Source of the DNA: Thermomicrobiales bacterium
Lineage (GTDB): Bacteria > Chloroflexota > Chloroflexia > Thermomicrobiales > UBA6265
Assembly: GCA_041390745.1 (NCBI GenBank)
Contig: JAWKPJ010000001.1
Coordinates: forward strand, 355,322-419,321
Length of the DNA stretch: 64,000 nt
Direction: 5' to 3'
Both the position numbers and the translations under genes were made by a program. Positions 29,335-38,595 of the stretch are shown here, piece after piece; positions within the stretch are counted from its first letter, which is position 1; each line of letters starts with the position of its first letter. Under the pieces are notes generated by a model. The model was not told where the DNA came from and ran no database searches. It saw nothing but the letters and a program-made list of their open reading frames with translations.

Positions 29335-30343
29335 ACCGGCAGCAACGCGACGCCTGGTCGTTTCTCGCGTGACTCGCACCTGAGCGCTCACTGCGGGTTT
29401 GGGTCTTGCTGCGCTCGCCTCATGTGCCGCGTTACCCTCGGCAACATTCAGGAACATTGCCTGGCCGCATGGGCGGCAGGCGTGTCTCGGGTGGGCATCG
29501 ATGGTGCGAGACGACCGCAGTACCCGGTGGCCGGCAGACCTCACCGCAGTCGCGCGGCCCCGGCAGAGGCCATGCCCGCCAAACCTGCCGCACAGCCCGG
29601 TGATCCCGACGTCGCCTGCAGCACAGACGGCAGCCGTTGCCTGAGCTGCGAGGCCGTTCGCGCTCTCAGCTGCCGCGTCGTCTTCGGAGCATCAGCGACT
29701 GGCCGCGCTGCTCGCCGCATACGATAGCCAGCGGTCAGCGCCACCACGCACGAGCCATAGATTGCGCGGAGAGTGCGCTGCTGAACGTGGCCATGCTGGA
29801 GCCTGCCCTGGCGAGTCCGCGCAGCCACGCACGCTACGAAGGCGCGGACATCGTAGGGCAAAGCGCGATCTCGGCCTCGGCCTGGAAAAGGACCATCCGT
29901 TTTTCAGGACGGGAACATGCGCACCGCAGGACTCGCGGTACACCAGGTCCTCCCGGCCAACAGCGCCACCCTCGCGTGCTCCGATAATGACCTTGCCGCC
30001 TGGGTAATCGCCCTCACCCTCGGCCTAATTGCCGAGACCCTCGCGGCGTGCCTGCGCTCGTTCATCACTCCAGTGAGGTAGCCGTACGCGAGGCAGAAGA
30101 TTCCGCCGGAACAGATACGCGGTATCAGGCGTTCACCCTACACACGCATGGATGCCGGCAACCTGCATACGCTTCGCGGCCAGACCGACCGCACGCTTGT
30201 CAAGTGGCCGGTGGCGTGGTCAGATTCGCGTCGCAGGTCCGCAGCCGATTTCCCGTACGCGGTACGGGGGCAAGTTCCGGCAGGGCACTCGATACTCGCG
30301 GTACGCCAGCGAGGCCACAGCAACGCGGCGGCAGCCAGGGAGC

Positions 30344-31000
30344 ATGACGGTGGAACTCCTGGAATGGTGGAATCTCATCTTCCTGCTGCCGGCGTCTGCC
30401 GCGGTCCTCTACGTGCTGCTGCTGGCTGTTGGGGCGCTGCCCTTCGATGACCTGGGGCTGCACCTTGACGCCGGCACCGGACATTTCGACCACGATGGGC
30501 CTGGCGACCATGATCTGCTCGGCATCCTCGGTATCGGTCGCGTGCCCATTTCCATCGTACTGATCAGCTTCAGCCTGCTCTGGGGCGTCATCGGCTGGTT
30601 CGCCACGCGCGCCTTCCAGTCGGTCTGGCCAGCGCCGGGTGTCTTCATCTGGCCTTCGCTGCTGGTCGCCCTGGTTGGCGCCGCGGGCCTGACCCGGGGA
30701 ATGGCCAACCTGCTCGGCCGGGTCATGCCCGGCACAGAAACCTACGGCGTGGGCGCCCGCGAACTGATCGGGCGGATGGCCGAAACCCGGTACCCCATTT
30801 CGGCCTCAGCGGGCAGCGTCCAGGTCTACGACCAGCATGGCGCCCTGCACGAGGTGCCGGCCCGCGTCCTCACAGGCGAGGCAGTGATTCCGGCTGGGGC
30901 CCGCGTGGTGCTCTGGCGCTTTGACGACGCGACAGGATCGTACCTGGTAACGCAGGACGATGCCCTGAACGGCCTCGGCAACGGCCTGCCCGCTGCGTAG
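30344..31000 (+). CDS. NfeD-like / YqiJ-like (DUF1449) membrane protein with C-terminal OB-fold
   Basis: AGGGAG RBS then ATG. N-terminal TM segments and a C-terminal beta-rich domain. Sits immediately upstream of the flotillin gene, like E. coli yqiJ-yqiK. Confidence 0.65.
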   Translation: MTVELLEWWNLIFLLPASAAVLYVLLLAVGALPFDDLGLHLDAGTGHFDHDGPGDHDLLGILGIGRVPISIVLISFSLLWGVIGWFATRAFQSVWPAPGVFIWPSLLVALVGAAGLTRGMANLLGRVMPGTETYGVGARELIGRMAETRYPISASAGSVQVYDQHGALHEVPARVLTGEAVIPAGARVVLWRFDDATGSYLVTQDDALNGLGNGLPAA

Positions 31001-31063
31001 TCACGGGCAGACATCTCACACCGGATCGATTCGATTTCGACGTGGAAGGAAGAGGAGGTAGCT

Positions 31064-32938
31064 GTGCCGAGCAAACGAAGTGGTGGTGTTGCGAGCATCG
31101 CTGTCGGCGCCATTATCGTCGGCCTGATTTTCATCCTGGCGCCCAGCATCCTGGCCGGCGCAGGCGCGATCAACCTGGGAGGCGCCGCGCAGTCGATCCT
31201 GGGCATCTTCGGCGCCATTCTCCTGATCATCGGCGCGTTCATGCTCATTGTCACGAAGCTGTACATCAAGACATCTGCCGACCAGGCGTTCGTCCGCACT
31301 GGCATGGGTGGCCAGGTGCCGATTATCGACGGCGGCACGCTGGTCATTCCGGTCGTGCACGAAATCGTGCCGGTTTCCCTCCAGACCATGCGGCTGGATG
31401 TCGACCGCTCCGGCCACGATGCGCTCATCACGGGCGACAACCTGCGCGCGGACGTGGCCGCCGAGTTCTACATCAAGGTGCAAAAGATCAAGGAACATAT
31501 CCTGGCGGCAGCAACCTCGCTGGGCGAACGGTCGGTTGATGCCGAGAGCGTCAAGCATCTGGTGAACCAGAAGCTGGTCTCCGCGCTGCGGACCGTTGCG
31601 GCCACACGCCCCCTGCATGAGTTGCACACCAAGCGCGATGAGTTCGCGCAGGCCGTGCAGATCATTGTCGAGAAGGATCTGGCGCACAACGGCCTGACCC
31701 TGGAATCCGTCACCATTTCCCGCCTGGACCAGACCCCGCCAGACGCCATGCGAGGTGAAGACAACGTCTTCGATGCCCAGGGGTTGCGCACCATCGCTGA
31801 AATCACGCAGCGTCAGCGCGTTGAACGCAATCAGATCGAGCGCGAGGCGGACCAGCGAGTGCGCGCCCAGGACGTGGCGCGCGACCAGTTCATCTTCGAG
31901 CAAGATGTGGCGCGCTCCAACGCCGAAGCCCAGAAAGATCGCAACATCGAGATTGCGCGGGCCCAGGCGCAGCAAGAGGCCAGCACCTTTGCTGCCGAGC
32001 AGACCCGTCTGGCCGGACTGGCGGAAGTCAAGCGCGACGAGGCCGTCCAGGTCGCGGAAGTCGAGAAGAACCGGGCGCTGGAAGTGGCCCACCAGCAGCG
32101 CGAACAGGCGGCGCGCGTGGCCGAGGTCGAGAAGCAGCGCACCGTTGAATTGGCGATGCGCGAGAACGCGATCGCCATTGCGGCCAAGGAGCGCGAACGG
32201 GCGGAATCTGAAGCGCAGCGGTTCGCCGCCGAGGCCCACATGGAGGCCGAGCGCCAGGCTGTGCGCACGGTCGAGGCCACGCAGACCGCCGAGCGCGACA
32301 AGGCCCGCGCCATCATTGAGGCGCAGGCGGAGTTCGAGAAGAAGCGCCTGCAGGAACAGGTCCAGGCGGATGTCGCAGCCTACGCGGTCGTCAAGGCCGC
32401 CGAAGGCGCCGAGGCCGCTGCCGCCAAGGAAGCTTCGGCGCGCCTGACCCGCGCCCAGGCGGAGAAAGAGGCGATGGCGCTCCAGGCTGAGGGTCACCGC
32501 GCCGAGCAGATGGTCCCGGTCGACGTCGAGCGGCAGCGCGTGGAGGTGGAGCGCGCCAGGGTGACCGTGGAGCGGCAGGACCTGGAAAACAAGGCGCAGT
32601 TCGAATCCATTGCGCGCGGCCTGCAGGTGGACCTGGCCCGCATCGAGGCCGAAAAGCAGGTGCGCATCGCCGCTGCCAACGCCTACGGCGAGGCGATGGC
32701 CAGCGCCAGGATGACCGTCTGGGGTGATCCAGACACCGCCGCCCGGATGGCCGAAAGCTTCTTCAAGGGCCAGCAGTTCGGGTACCTCTCGGAAGGCTTC
32801 ATGAGTAACGCGCCGGATGGCGTCAAGGATGCGCTGGGGCAGGTGGGCACGGCTATTCAGCAACTCACCAACGGCAAGCACGACGCCGATGGCGCCTCGC
32901 CCGAAAAGGCCGACCAACCCACGGAGAAGCCGCGCTAG
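31064..32938 (+). CDS. Flotillin family protein (SPFH/band-7 domain, YqiK-like)
   Basis: N-terminal TM, SPFH domain, then a very long EA-rich coiled-coil (…AEQTRLAGLAEVKRDEAVQVAEVEKNRALEVAHQQREQAARVAEVEKQR…). Confidence 0.9.
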   Translation: MPSKRSGGVASIAVGAIIVGLIFILAPSILAGAGAINLGGAAQSILGIFGAILLIIGAFMLIVTKLYIKTSADQAFVRTGMGGQVPIIDGGTLVIPVVHEIVPVSLQTMRLDVDRSGHDALITGDNLRADVAAEFYIKVQKIKEHILAAATSLGERSVDAESVKHLVNQKLVSALRTVAATRPLHELHTKRDEFAQAVQIIVEKDLAHNGLTLESVTISRLDQTPPDAMRGEDNVFDAQGLRTIAEITQRQRVERNQIEREADQRVRAQDVARDQFIFEQDVARSNAEAQKDRNIEIARAQAQQEASTFAAEQTRLAGLAEVKRDEAVQVAEVEKNRALEVAHQQREQAARVAEVEKQRTVELAMRENAIAIAAKERERAESEAQRFAAEAHMEAERQAVRTVEATQTAERDKARAIIEAQAEFEKKRLQEQVQADVAAYAVVKAAEGAEAAAAKEASARLTRAQAEKEAMALQAEGHRAEQMVPVDVERQRVEVERARVTVERQDLENKAQFESIARGLQVDLARIEAEKQVRIAAANAYGEAMASARMTVWGDPDTAARMAESFFKGQQFGYLSEGFMSNAPDGVKDALGQVGTAIQQLTNGKHDADGASPEKADQPTEKPR

Positions 32939-33099
32939 GTCCGGCCCGGTTCACCACGAATCAGGAAGGGGTCGGGCGCCCGACCCTGCGTGCTTGCGGC
33001 AGCATCCCCCGTGTCTGAAGCGGAGACGTTTCTGCCCGGCGCCGAACATCTCCGCAGGCGTGGCGGCCCGGCACAAATCAGGCCGCGTTCAACGCGCAG

Positions 33100-33420
33100 T
33101 CCTCGCTCCGACCCTCCCTGCCTGTTGCGCCGCAGAGTGGAGGAGGGAGACCCCACTTGGCGCCAGTCCGTTGACCGAGGCACTTCGCACCAGCGCATTG
33201 CGAAAGACCTGACCGGCCAGGCAACGATCCCGTGTCTCGAGCGCAGTCGAGAGACCTCGTTCACCGGCGCTCGCGACGAGGTCTCTCGACTGCGCTCGAG
33301 ACACGAGGGGATTCCCGACGGCCCAACTCCTCTGCACACCGCTGACGAAGCGTGCGTGGCCTTGTCGAAGCAAATCGGCAAACGCGGACTCTCGACTTCA
33401 CTCAAGACACGGCGAGCCGG
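33100..33420. repeat. Composite palindromic repeat element, copy 2 (perfect 30-bp inverted repeat with 15-nt spacer, plus flanking modules)
   Basis: cgtgtctcgagcgcagtcgagagacctcgt (33231-33260) is the exact reverse complement of acgaggtctctcgactgcgctcgagacacg (33276-33305). Flanked by a gaggggattcccgacggcccaactcctctgcacaccgctg module and a second unit actctcgacttcactcaagacacgg (33388-33412). Confidence 0.75.
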
Positions 33421-33457
33421 CGACAAGACCAGGCGTCGTGGCAAGTGTCGCCCCGCT

Positions 33458-34099
33458 CTACTGCGCCGCCGCCTGCGCCCGGCGAATGGCCGTGCGTGAC
33501 TCAACAAGGCGGAGGAGCGCGTCAGTCAGGATGGCGAGCGCGGTGATGGCGATAGTCCCGGCCAGAATACGGTTGGGGTCGTCCCGCGTGATCCCCTCGA
33601 AGAGCAGCGTGCCCAGGCCGCCCGCGCCAATCCAGGCGGCGATTGTCGCCAGGCTGATCGTGGTCACTGTGGCGGTGCGCAGGCCGGCAATCATCACCGG
33701 CAGGGCCAGCGGCCAGCGCACGCGCCAGAACTCCTGCAGGCGCGTCATCCCCAGGCCACGCGCCGCTTCCAGCGTCGCGCCGTCCACCCCGCGCAGGCCA
33801 GTCGTGATGTTGCGCACCAGGAAGATCTGCGCGTACACCGCCAGTACGACCACGGCCGGTTCGCGGCCAATGCCAAGACTGGGGATAAGCAATGCGAGGA
33901 ACGCCAGGCTGGGGATGGTGTAGAGCGCCCCAAGGAGCGCCAGCAGCGGAGTCGCGATGCGCGGCACGCGCACGGCCAGGATGCCCAGCGGGATCGCGAC
34001 GACCACCGCCACCAGGATGGCTGTGCCAGCGAGCGCGAGGTGTTCCAGCGTGAGCGCCCAAACGCGGTCCGGACGCCTCATCAGGTAATCGAGGTTCAC
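33458..34099 (-). CDS. Osmoprotectant (glycine betaine/choline) ABC transporter permease (OpuCD/OpuBB-like)
   Basis: BPD_transp_1 permease with ...ARGLGMTRLQEFWRVRWPLALPVMIAGLRTA. Start overlaps the ATPase stop. Confidence 0.9.
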   Translation of the reverse strand: MNLDYLMRRPDRVWALTLEHLALAGTAILVAVVVAIPLGILAVRVPRIATPLLALLGALYTIPSLAFLALLIPSLGIGREPAVVVLAVYAQIFLVRNITTGLRGVDGATLEAARGLGMTRLQEFWRVRWPLALPVMIAGLRTATVTTISLATIAAWIGAGGLGTLLFEGITRDDPNRILAGTIAITALAILTDALLRLVESRTAIRRAQAAAQ

Positions 34100-35112
34100 G
34101 CCGCGCTGCCCGCAACGCGCGGCACGCTCGCGCGCTGGATAGCTGCCAGATCGAGGAAGCCGACCGGCACGCCCTGTTCCTCGACGATGACGCGCGGCGC
34201 TCCCGCCTCCAGGAGCAGTGTCAGCGCCGGGCGCACCCGCTCCGCGATGCTGATGCGCGGCTCGATGTCCCCAACCACTTCGCGTTCCCCAAGAGGAATC
34301 ATGGCGGCAGGAATGCTGACCAGCCCCAGCCGCCGCAGCGTGTCATCCGCGCCGACCAACTCCGCCACGAAGTCGTCGGCCGGGCGCATGATGATATTCA
34401 GGGCGGTGTCGAACTGGACGACCTTGCCCTGGCGCATCACCGCCACCCGGTCGGCCAGCAGGACGGCCTCGTCGATATCGTGCGTCACAAACACGATGGT
34501 CTGCCCCAACTGCTCGTGCAGGGACAGGAGTTCCATTTGCAGGTTGCCGCGCGTGATGGCGTCCAGCGCCCCGAAGGGCTCATCCATCAGCAGCGTGCCG
34601 GGCGAGGCTGCGATAGCCCGTGCAATGCCCACACGCTGTTGCTGCCCACCGGAAAGCTGGGCCGGGTAGCGGTCGCGATACTGCGCTGGCGGCAGGCCAA
34701 CAAGCGTCAGCAATTCATCAACGCGCGCCTCTGTCCGCGCCCTGTCCCAGCCAAGCAGGCCGGGCACCACCCCCACATTCGCGGCTACGGTGTAGTGGGG
34801 AAAGAGCCCGCCCTGCTGGATGACGTAGCCAATATGCCGCCGCAGGTCGGGCGCGTTGAACTCCTGCGCGTTACGGCCGTCGATCGTAATCACACCGTGA
34901 GTCGGTTCGTAGAGGCGGTTGATCAGCTTGAGGAGCGTCGTCTTGCCACAGCCCGAAGGTCCGATGAGCACGACCAGCTCGCCGGGCTCGATTCGCATCG
35001 TCACGTCATCGACAGCGGCCGCTATCGCATTCGACGGCGAAAAGCGCTTGCTGACGTGGTCGAAGTGAATGGCGGAGGCGGTGGATAGATCCAGTTCGGT
35101 CTCCCGCGCCAC
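34096..35112 (-). CDS. Osmoprotectant ABC transporter ATP-binding protein with tandem CBS domains (OpuCA-like)
   Basis: Walker A GPSGCGKTT, signature LSGGQQQRVGIARA, Walker B LLMDEPFGALD, C-terminal CBS pair. Confidence 0.9.
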   Translation of the reverse strand: MARETELDLSTASAIHFDHVSKRFSPSNAIAAAVDDVTMRIEPGELVVLIGPSGCGKTTLLKLINRLYEPTHGVITIDGRNAQEFNAPDLRRHIGYVIQQGGLFPHYTVAANVGVVPGLLGWDRARTEARVDELLTLVGLPPAQYRDRYPAQLSGGQQQRVGIARAIAASPGTLLMDEPFGALDAITRGNLQMELLSLHEQLGQTIVFVTHDIDEAVLLADRVAVMRQGKVVQFDTALNIIMRPADDFVAELVGADDTLRRLGLVSIPAAMIPLGEREVVGDIEPRISIAERVRPALTLLLEAGAPRVIVEEQGVPVGFLDLAAIQRASVPRVAGSAA

Positions 35113-35204
35113 GCAACCTCCCTTGTGAGTGCAAGCATCTGGCCAGCAACCAGGCGCACAGCATAACGCCCCGCCCGGGTTACCGGGCGGGGCGTTGGCG
35201 TGAC

Positions 35205-36185
35205 CTAGCCGGAGATAAGGCCCTGCTCGGTGAGGAACGTGCGTGCTACTTCCTCCGGATCAAGTTTGTCCGGGCCATCCACCTGCCAGTTCAGGCCAGC
35301 CATGATGTCGTCCGTCAGAATCGGCGCCAGTGGGTTGAGCGCATCAGCGATGCCGGGGAAGGCTGTCAGCGTCGCCTCGCGCACCACCGGGGCGACGTGG
35401 TACGGCAGCCAGAGGTTCTTGTCATCGTCCAGCAGCACGAGGCCGAGGCCCGCAATCTGGCCATCCGTACTGAACGCGAGCACCGCCTGGGCCTGCCCAT
35501 CCTCAATGGCCTTGTACCGCAGACTTGGATCAACCGTCAGAACATTGCCGAACTTCAGGCCGTACGTCTGCTCAATCCCCTTGATACCGTCGTCCCGGTC
35601 CAGGGCGTCGGCAGCGGCGACAATCGTGAGTTCGCCGGCTTTCGGCGCCAATTCACTGATCGTGGTGATGGCGCCGCCATCAGAGGCATCCTGCGTGATG
35701 ACCAGCGCCTGGGTGTCGTTGAAGGCAGACTGATCGAGCCAGATGAGGTCGAACTGATCGACGTAGCCGTCGGACACGAGGTCATACACGCGCTGGTCGA
35801 GGCTTGCCTCCGCGCCAGCCGGCGTGGCTTCCGGCATGCCCCCGACTGGCGTAGCCGTCATCACCTCGTTCACTGGCATGCCCAGCACCACCGTCAGGCC
35901 CGTGCCCGTGTACTCCGGGTAGAGGTCGATTTCACCCGCCACCAGCGCCGCCTGCGCCACTTCCGTGCCGGCGAGGTTCAGCTTCTTCTCGGTCGCGATG
36001 CCGGCGTTTTCCAGCAGCAACGCGTACATCTCGCCCAGGATCAGTTGCTCCGTGAAGTTCTTGGAGCCGATCTTGACCGGGCCTTCCTGCGCGGAGACGC
36101 CGAGGTTCGAGCCGGCGCGCACCGCTGCGTACGCCAACGGCGCAGCGACCAGACCCCGGGTGAGAGAGCGGCGTGAAAGCGTCAT
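35205..36185 (-). CDS. Glycine betaine/choline ABC transporter substrate-binding protein (OpuAC/OpuCC family)
   Basis: Signal peptide then OpuAC-like fold (PVKIGSKNFTEQLILGEMYALLLENAGI...DLYPEYTGTG). Confidence 0.9.
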   Translation of the reverse strand: MTLSRRSLTRGLVAAPLAYAAVRAGSNLGVSAQEGPVKIGSKNFTEQLILGEMYALLLENAGIATEKKLNLAGTEVAQAALVAGEIDLYPEYTGTGLTVVLGMPVNEVMTATPVGGMPEATPAGAEASLDQRVYDLVSDGYVDQFDLIWLDQSAFNDTQALVITQDASDGGAITTISELAPKAGELTIVAAADALDRDDGIKGIEQTYGLKFGNVLTVDPSLRYKAIEDGQAQAVLAFSTDGQIAGLGLVLLDDDKNLWLPYHVAPVVREATLTAFPGIADALNPLAPILTDDIMAGLNWQVDGPDKLDPEEVARTFLTEQGLISG

Positions 36186-36307
36186 TGCGTGGTACTCCCT
36201 TGTGTTCTGCGACGCCGGGTGCTCACGGCAGAGCGAACCAACGCCATTCTAGATTACGAACGGACGTTCTGCCCGCCAGGCGAACGCTGCCCGCCCATGT
36301 AACGCGG

Positions 36308-37009
36308 CTACGCAGGATTTGTGCGAGGCGGCGAAACGCGCCGCTCCAGCAGCGACAACCCCACCTCGGCGGAGAGGGCAAGGAGCGTGACCAGGATGCC
36401 GCCAGTCAACAGCGTGGGCTTGTCCAGCAGGGTGACGCCGGAGGTAATGAAATCCCCCAGGCCACCCGCCCCAACGAACGAGGCGAGCGTGGCGCTGGCG
36501 ATGACCTCGATGGCAGCGGTGCGCACCCCTGCGATGATGACGGGCAACGCGAGGGGCATGGTTACCCGCCAGAACCGCTGACGGCCGGTCAGCCCCAGGC
36601 CGGTCGCCGCCTCCAGCGTGGCGGGATCGACTCCGCGAATGCCGGCGTCGGTATTCAGCACCAGCGGTGGCCCCGCCAGCACGGTCAAGGCCACCAGGGC
36701 AGGCCGCCAGCCAAGACCAAAGAACGGCAGCAGGAGCAGGATGACCGCCAGGCTGGGCACGACGCGAAACGCTGCCACGACGCTGATGATGGTCGTCGTG
36801 ACCGAACCACCCCGCGAGGCCAGCACGCCCAGCGGGATAAAGATCAGCATGGCGAGGGTCAGCGCCGCCAGGCTGAGGCCGATATGCACCATCAGCGCAT
36901 CCCGCACCCGGTCCTGGTTCTCGACCATGTACACCCAGGTCTCGCTCAGCAGTTCCATGCCCGGCATGGTAGTAGGAGACAGACCCGGGCGAGTAACTCC
37001 TGGCTGCAT
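36308..37009 (-). CDS. Osmoprotectant ABC transporter permease (OpuCB-like)
   Basis: Second BPD_transp_1 permease of the operon (…ATGLGLTGRQRFWRVTMPLALPVIIAGVRTA). The true start may be the internal MELLSETW (about 36958). Confidence 0.9.
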   Translation of the reverse strand: MQPGVTRPGLSPTTMPGMELLSETWVYMVENQDRVRDALMVHIGLSLAALTLAMLIFIPLGVLASRGGSVTTTIISVVAAFRVVPSLAVILLLLPFFGLGWRPALVALTVLAGPPLVLNTDAGIRGVDPATLEAATGLGLTGRQRFWRVTMPLALPVIIAGVRTAAIEVIASATLASFVGAGGLGDFITSGVTLLDKPTLLTGGILVTLLALSAEVGLSLLERRVSPPRTNPA

Positions 37010-37081
37010 TCGTGTGCCATCATGCCGGGTTTACGGGCCAGCGGCAACCTGGCGCTCGCCTTTTGAGGATGAAACTGGCTG

Positions 37082-37426
37082 ATGCAGAATCGACTGCTCC
37101 TGGCCGGGCTCGGCATTCTGTTGATTCTGGCGGCTGCCCTCGTCTTCGCGCTGGCGCGCATCGACCCGCCCTTGCCCAATGCGACCGCCCAGGTCGATGA
37201 CCACGATCACGACCTTGAACTGCCGCCTGAACCCGTTGGCCGTACCCTGTTCGGCGGCAACAGCGGCGAACTCCGGGTCTCCCCGGCCGTGCCGGCCGGG
37301 GCCACGCCAGGACCGAGGTTCGGCGCCACACCGGTCGCCATGCCCTCGTTCGACGTTTTCGCTCCGGCCCGCTTCCAGGTGACACCGGCCGCTGCGCCAT
37401 CCGCAACGGCCGGTACGCCCCCCTAG
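37082..37426 (+). CDS. Hypothetical membrane-anchored protein with Asp/His-rich motif
   Basis: N-terminal TM (LLLAGLGILLILAAALVFALA), VDDHDHDLE motif, Pro/Ala-rich tail. Confidence 0.3.
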   Translation: MQNRLLLAGLGILLILAAALVFALARIDPPLPNATAQVDDHDHDLELPPEPVGRTLFGGNSGELRVSPAVPAGATPGPRFGATPVAMPSFDVFAPARFQVTPAAAPSATAGTPP

Positions 37427-38052
37427 CCTTCGACGGTCACCACCACAGTTTCCAGCGGATCGACGGTGCAGACGACCGGATAGCGCCCCGGCTCCGGAAA
37501 GCGCTGGACAAACGTCTGCCTGGCTCCCACCAGAAAGGGTCCGGCGCGATGCTCGACGTCATCCAGATTCTGGATGGTGATCACCGCTTCAGCGGGCGAA
37601 GCAAAGCGAATGTCGGTGGGTATGGCGATCGCCGAATCAAAGCCGGGCCGCGCGATGGTGTTGCTTGCTCCGGCCGGAATCGTGAAGTGCAGGCCCGGCG
37701 CGGGCGCAAGCCCGGTCCGCCCGGTAATTGCCCCGGTGGCCAGGAGCAGGCCCACCAGCGCAACAACGCAGAGCCCGGCAATCAGCGCAATGTTCCCGGC
37801 TCCGGGCCCCGGCGCACGTTCCGCAGCGGCGTTGGCGGCGCCGGCCCCAGCCCCTGGAACCCGCTCACAGGAATGTCGTTCGTCTCCACTGGTCTTTCCA
37901 TCACGAGATCGACAGACTGGCTGCCCACCCAGGCGAGCAGCCAGCCATTCGTTGACCAGATCAGGAATGCGGCGTGGCCGCTGGCGTCCCCATGTCGCCC
38001 ATGCCCGTCGCCGGAGCAGGTCGTGACCAGGGATCGCTGATGGTGAGGTCAC
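37423..38052 (-). CDS. Membrane-anchored protein with cupredoxin-like C-terminal domain (copper ligands not conserved)
   Basis: TM helix NIALIAGLCVVALVGLLLATGAI, then about 95 aa with a cupredoxin-like pattern (ITIQNLDDVEHRAG...PEPGRYPVVCTVDP). The Arg-rich N-terminal 45 aa overlaps the PCuAC 3' end and may be a start-site artefact. Confidence 0.4.
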   Translation of the reverse strand: MTSPSAIPGHDLLRRRAWATWGRQRPRRIPDLVNEWLAARLGGQPVCRSRDGKTSGDERHSCERVPGAGAGAANAAAERAPGPGAGNIALIAGLCVVALVGLLLATGAITGRTGLAPAPGLHFTIPAGASNTIARPGFDSAIAIPTDIRFASPAEAVITIQNLDDVEHRAGPFLVGARQTFVQRFPEPGRYPVVCTVDPLETVVVTVEG

Positions 38053-38547
38053 CCACCGTGATCGGCGCAGCCGGGGCAGCGCCCGCCGCCAGTTCGGCGC
38101 GCGGCCGTACCGTCACGGAGACAGTTACGTCGCCGGCCTTCTCAAAATGCAGAGTCAGGTCATACGTCTTGCCGTTGGTCAGGTCCTCCCGGAGCCCGAA
38201 CATCATGATGTGGTACCCGCCCGGCTCCAGAGCTTCTTCGCCGCCTGCGGGGATGACGAGTCCATCGCTCAGGGGCCGCATTTCCATGACCCTGTCTACC
38301 TCCGCCATCTCATGGACCTCCACGGCGTCGGCGACCTCCGTCTCCCCACCCAGGAGCACGTCATCTTCGGCGCCGCCATTCTGGATGAGCATGAAGGCGG
38401 CGGCGGAGCCAGTGAGGCGCCGCTCTTCGTGGCCGGCCCCGGCGGAGGGGTGGCGGCGCCATGGTCATACGCCTGCGTGAGGGGGCTGCCAAACAGGCCA
38501 CTACCTACTGCCACGAACGCGACTGCCAGAGCAACATTGCGAAACAT
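37961..38547 (-). CDS. Copper chaperone PCu(A)C (DUF461), interrupted by one frameshift between signal peptide and core
   Basis: Signal peptide MFRNVALAVAFVAVGSGLFGSPLTQA in one frame (from 38547). The PCuAC core continues in another frame (…HEERRLTGSAAAFMLIQNGGAEDDVLLGG...VEVHEM...IPAGG...GGYHIMMFGL...LTLHFEKAG). The C-terminus carries a second DLTISDPWSRPAP motif. Confidence 0.6.
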
Positions 38548-38595
38548 GGTCCTGATTCCTTTCTGAGAGTCACCCGGCGCGCGCCGGATGCATCG

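Noticed and set aside
32939-33457. Possibility that the regular repeats represent a CRISPR array
   Set aside because: Units are inverted (palindromic) and irregularly spaced, with no constant-length spacers and no cas genes. The pattern fits a MITE/REP-like element, not CRISPR.
37790-38040. Second PCuAC-like domain read in a third frame (…GHAAFLIWSTNGWLLAWVGSQSVDLVMERPVETNDIP…) downstream of the duplicated DPWSRPAP motif
   Set aside because: Similarity to the first domain (AAAFMLIQNGG…VEVHEM…) is short and Ala-rich codons are frequent at this GC. Not enough to call a domain; noted only as a hint.
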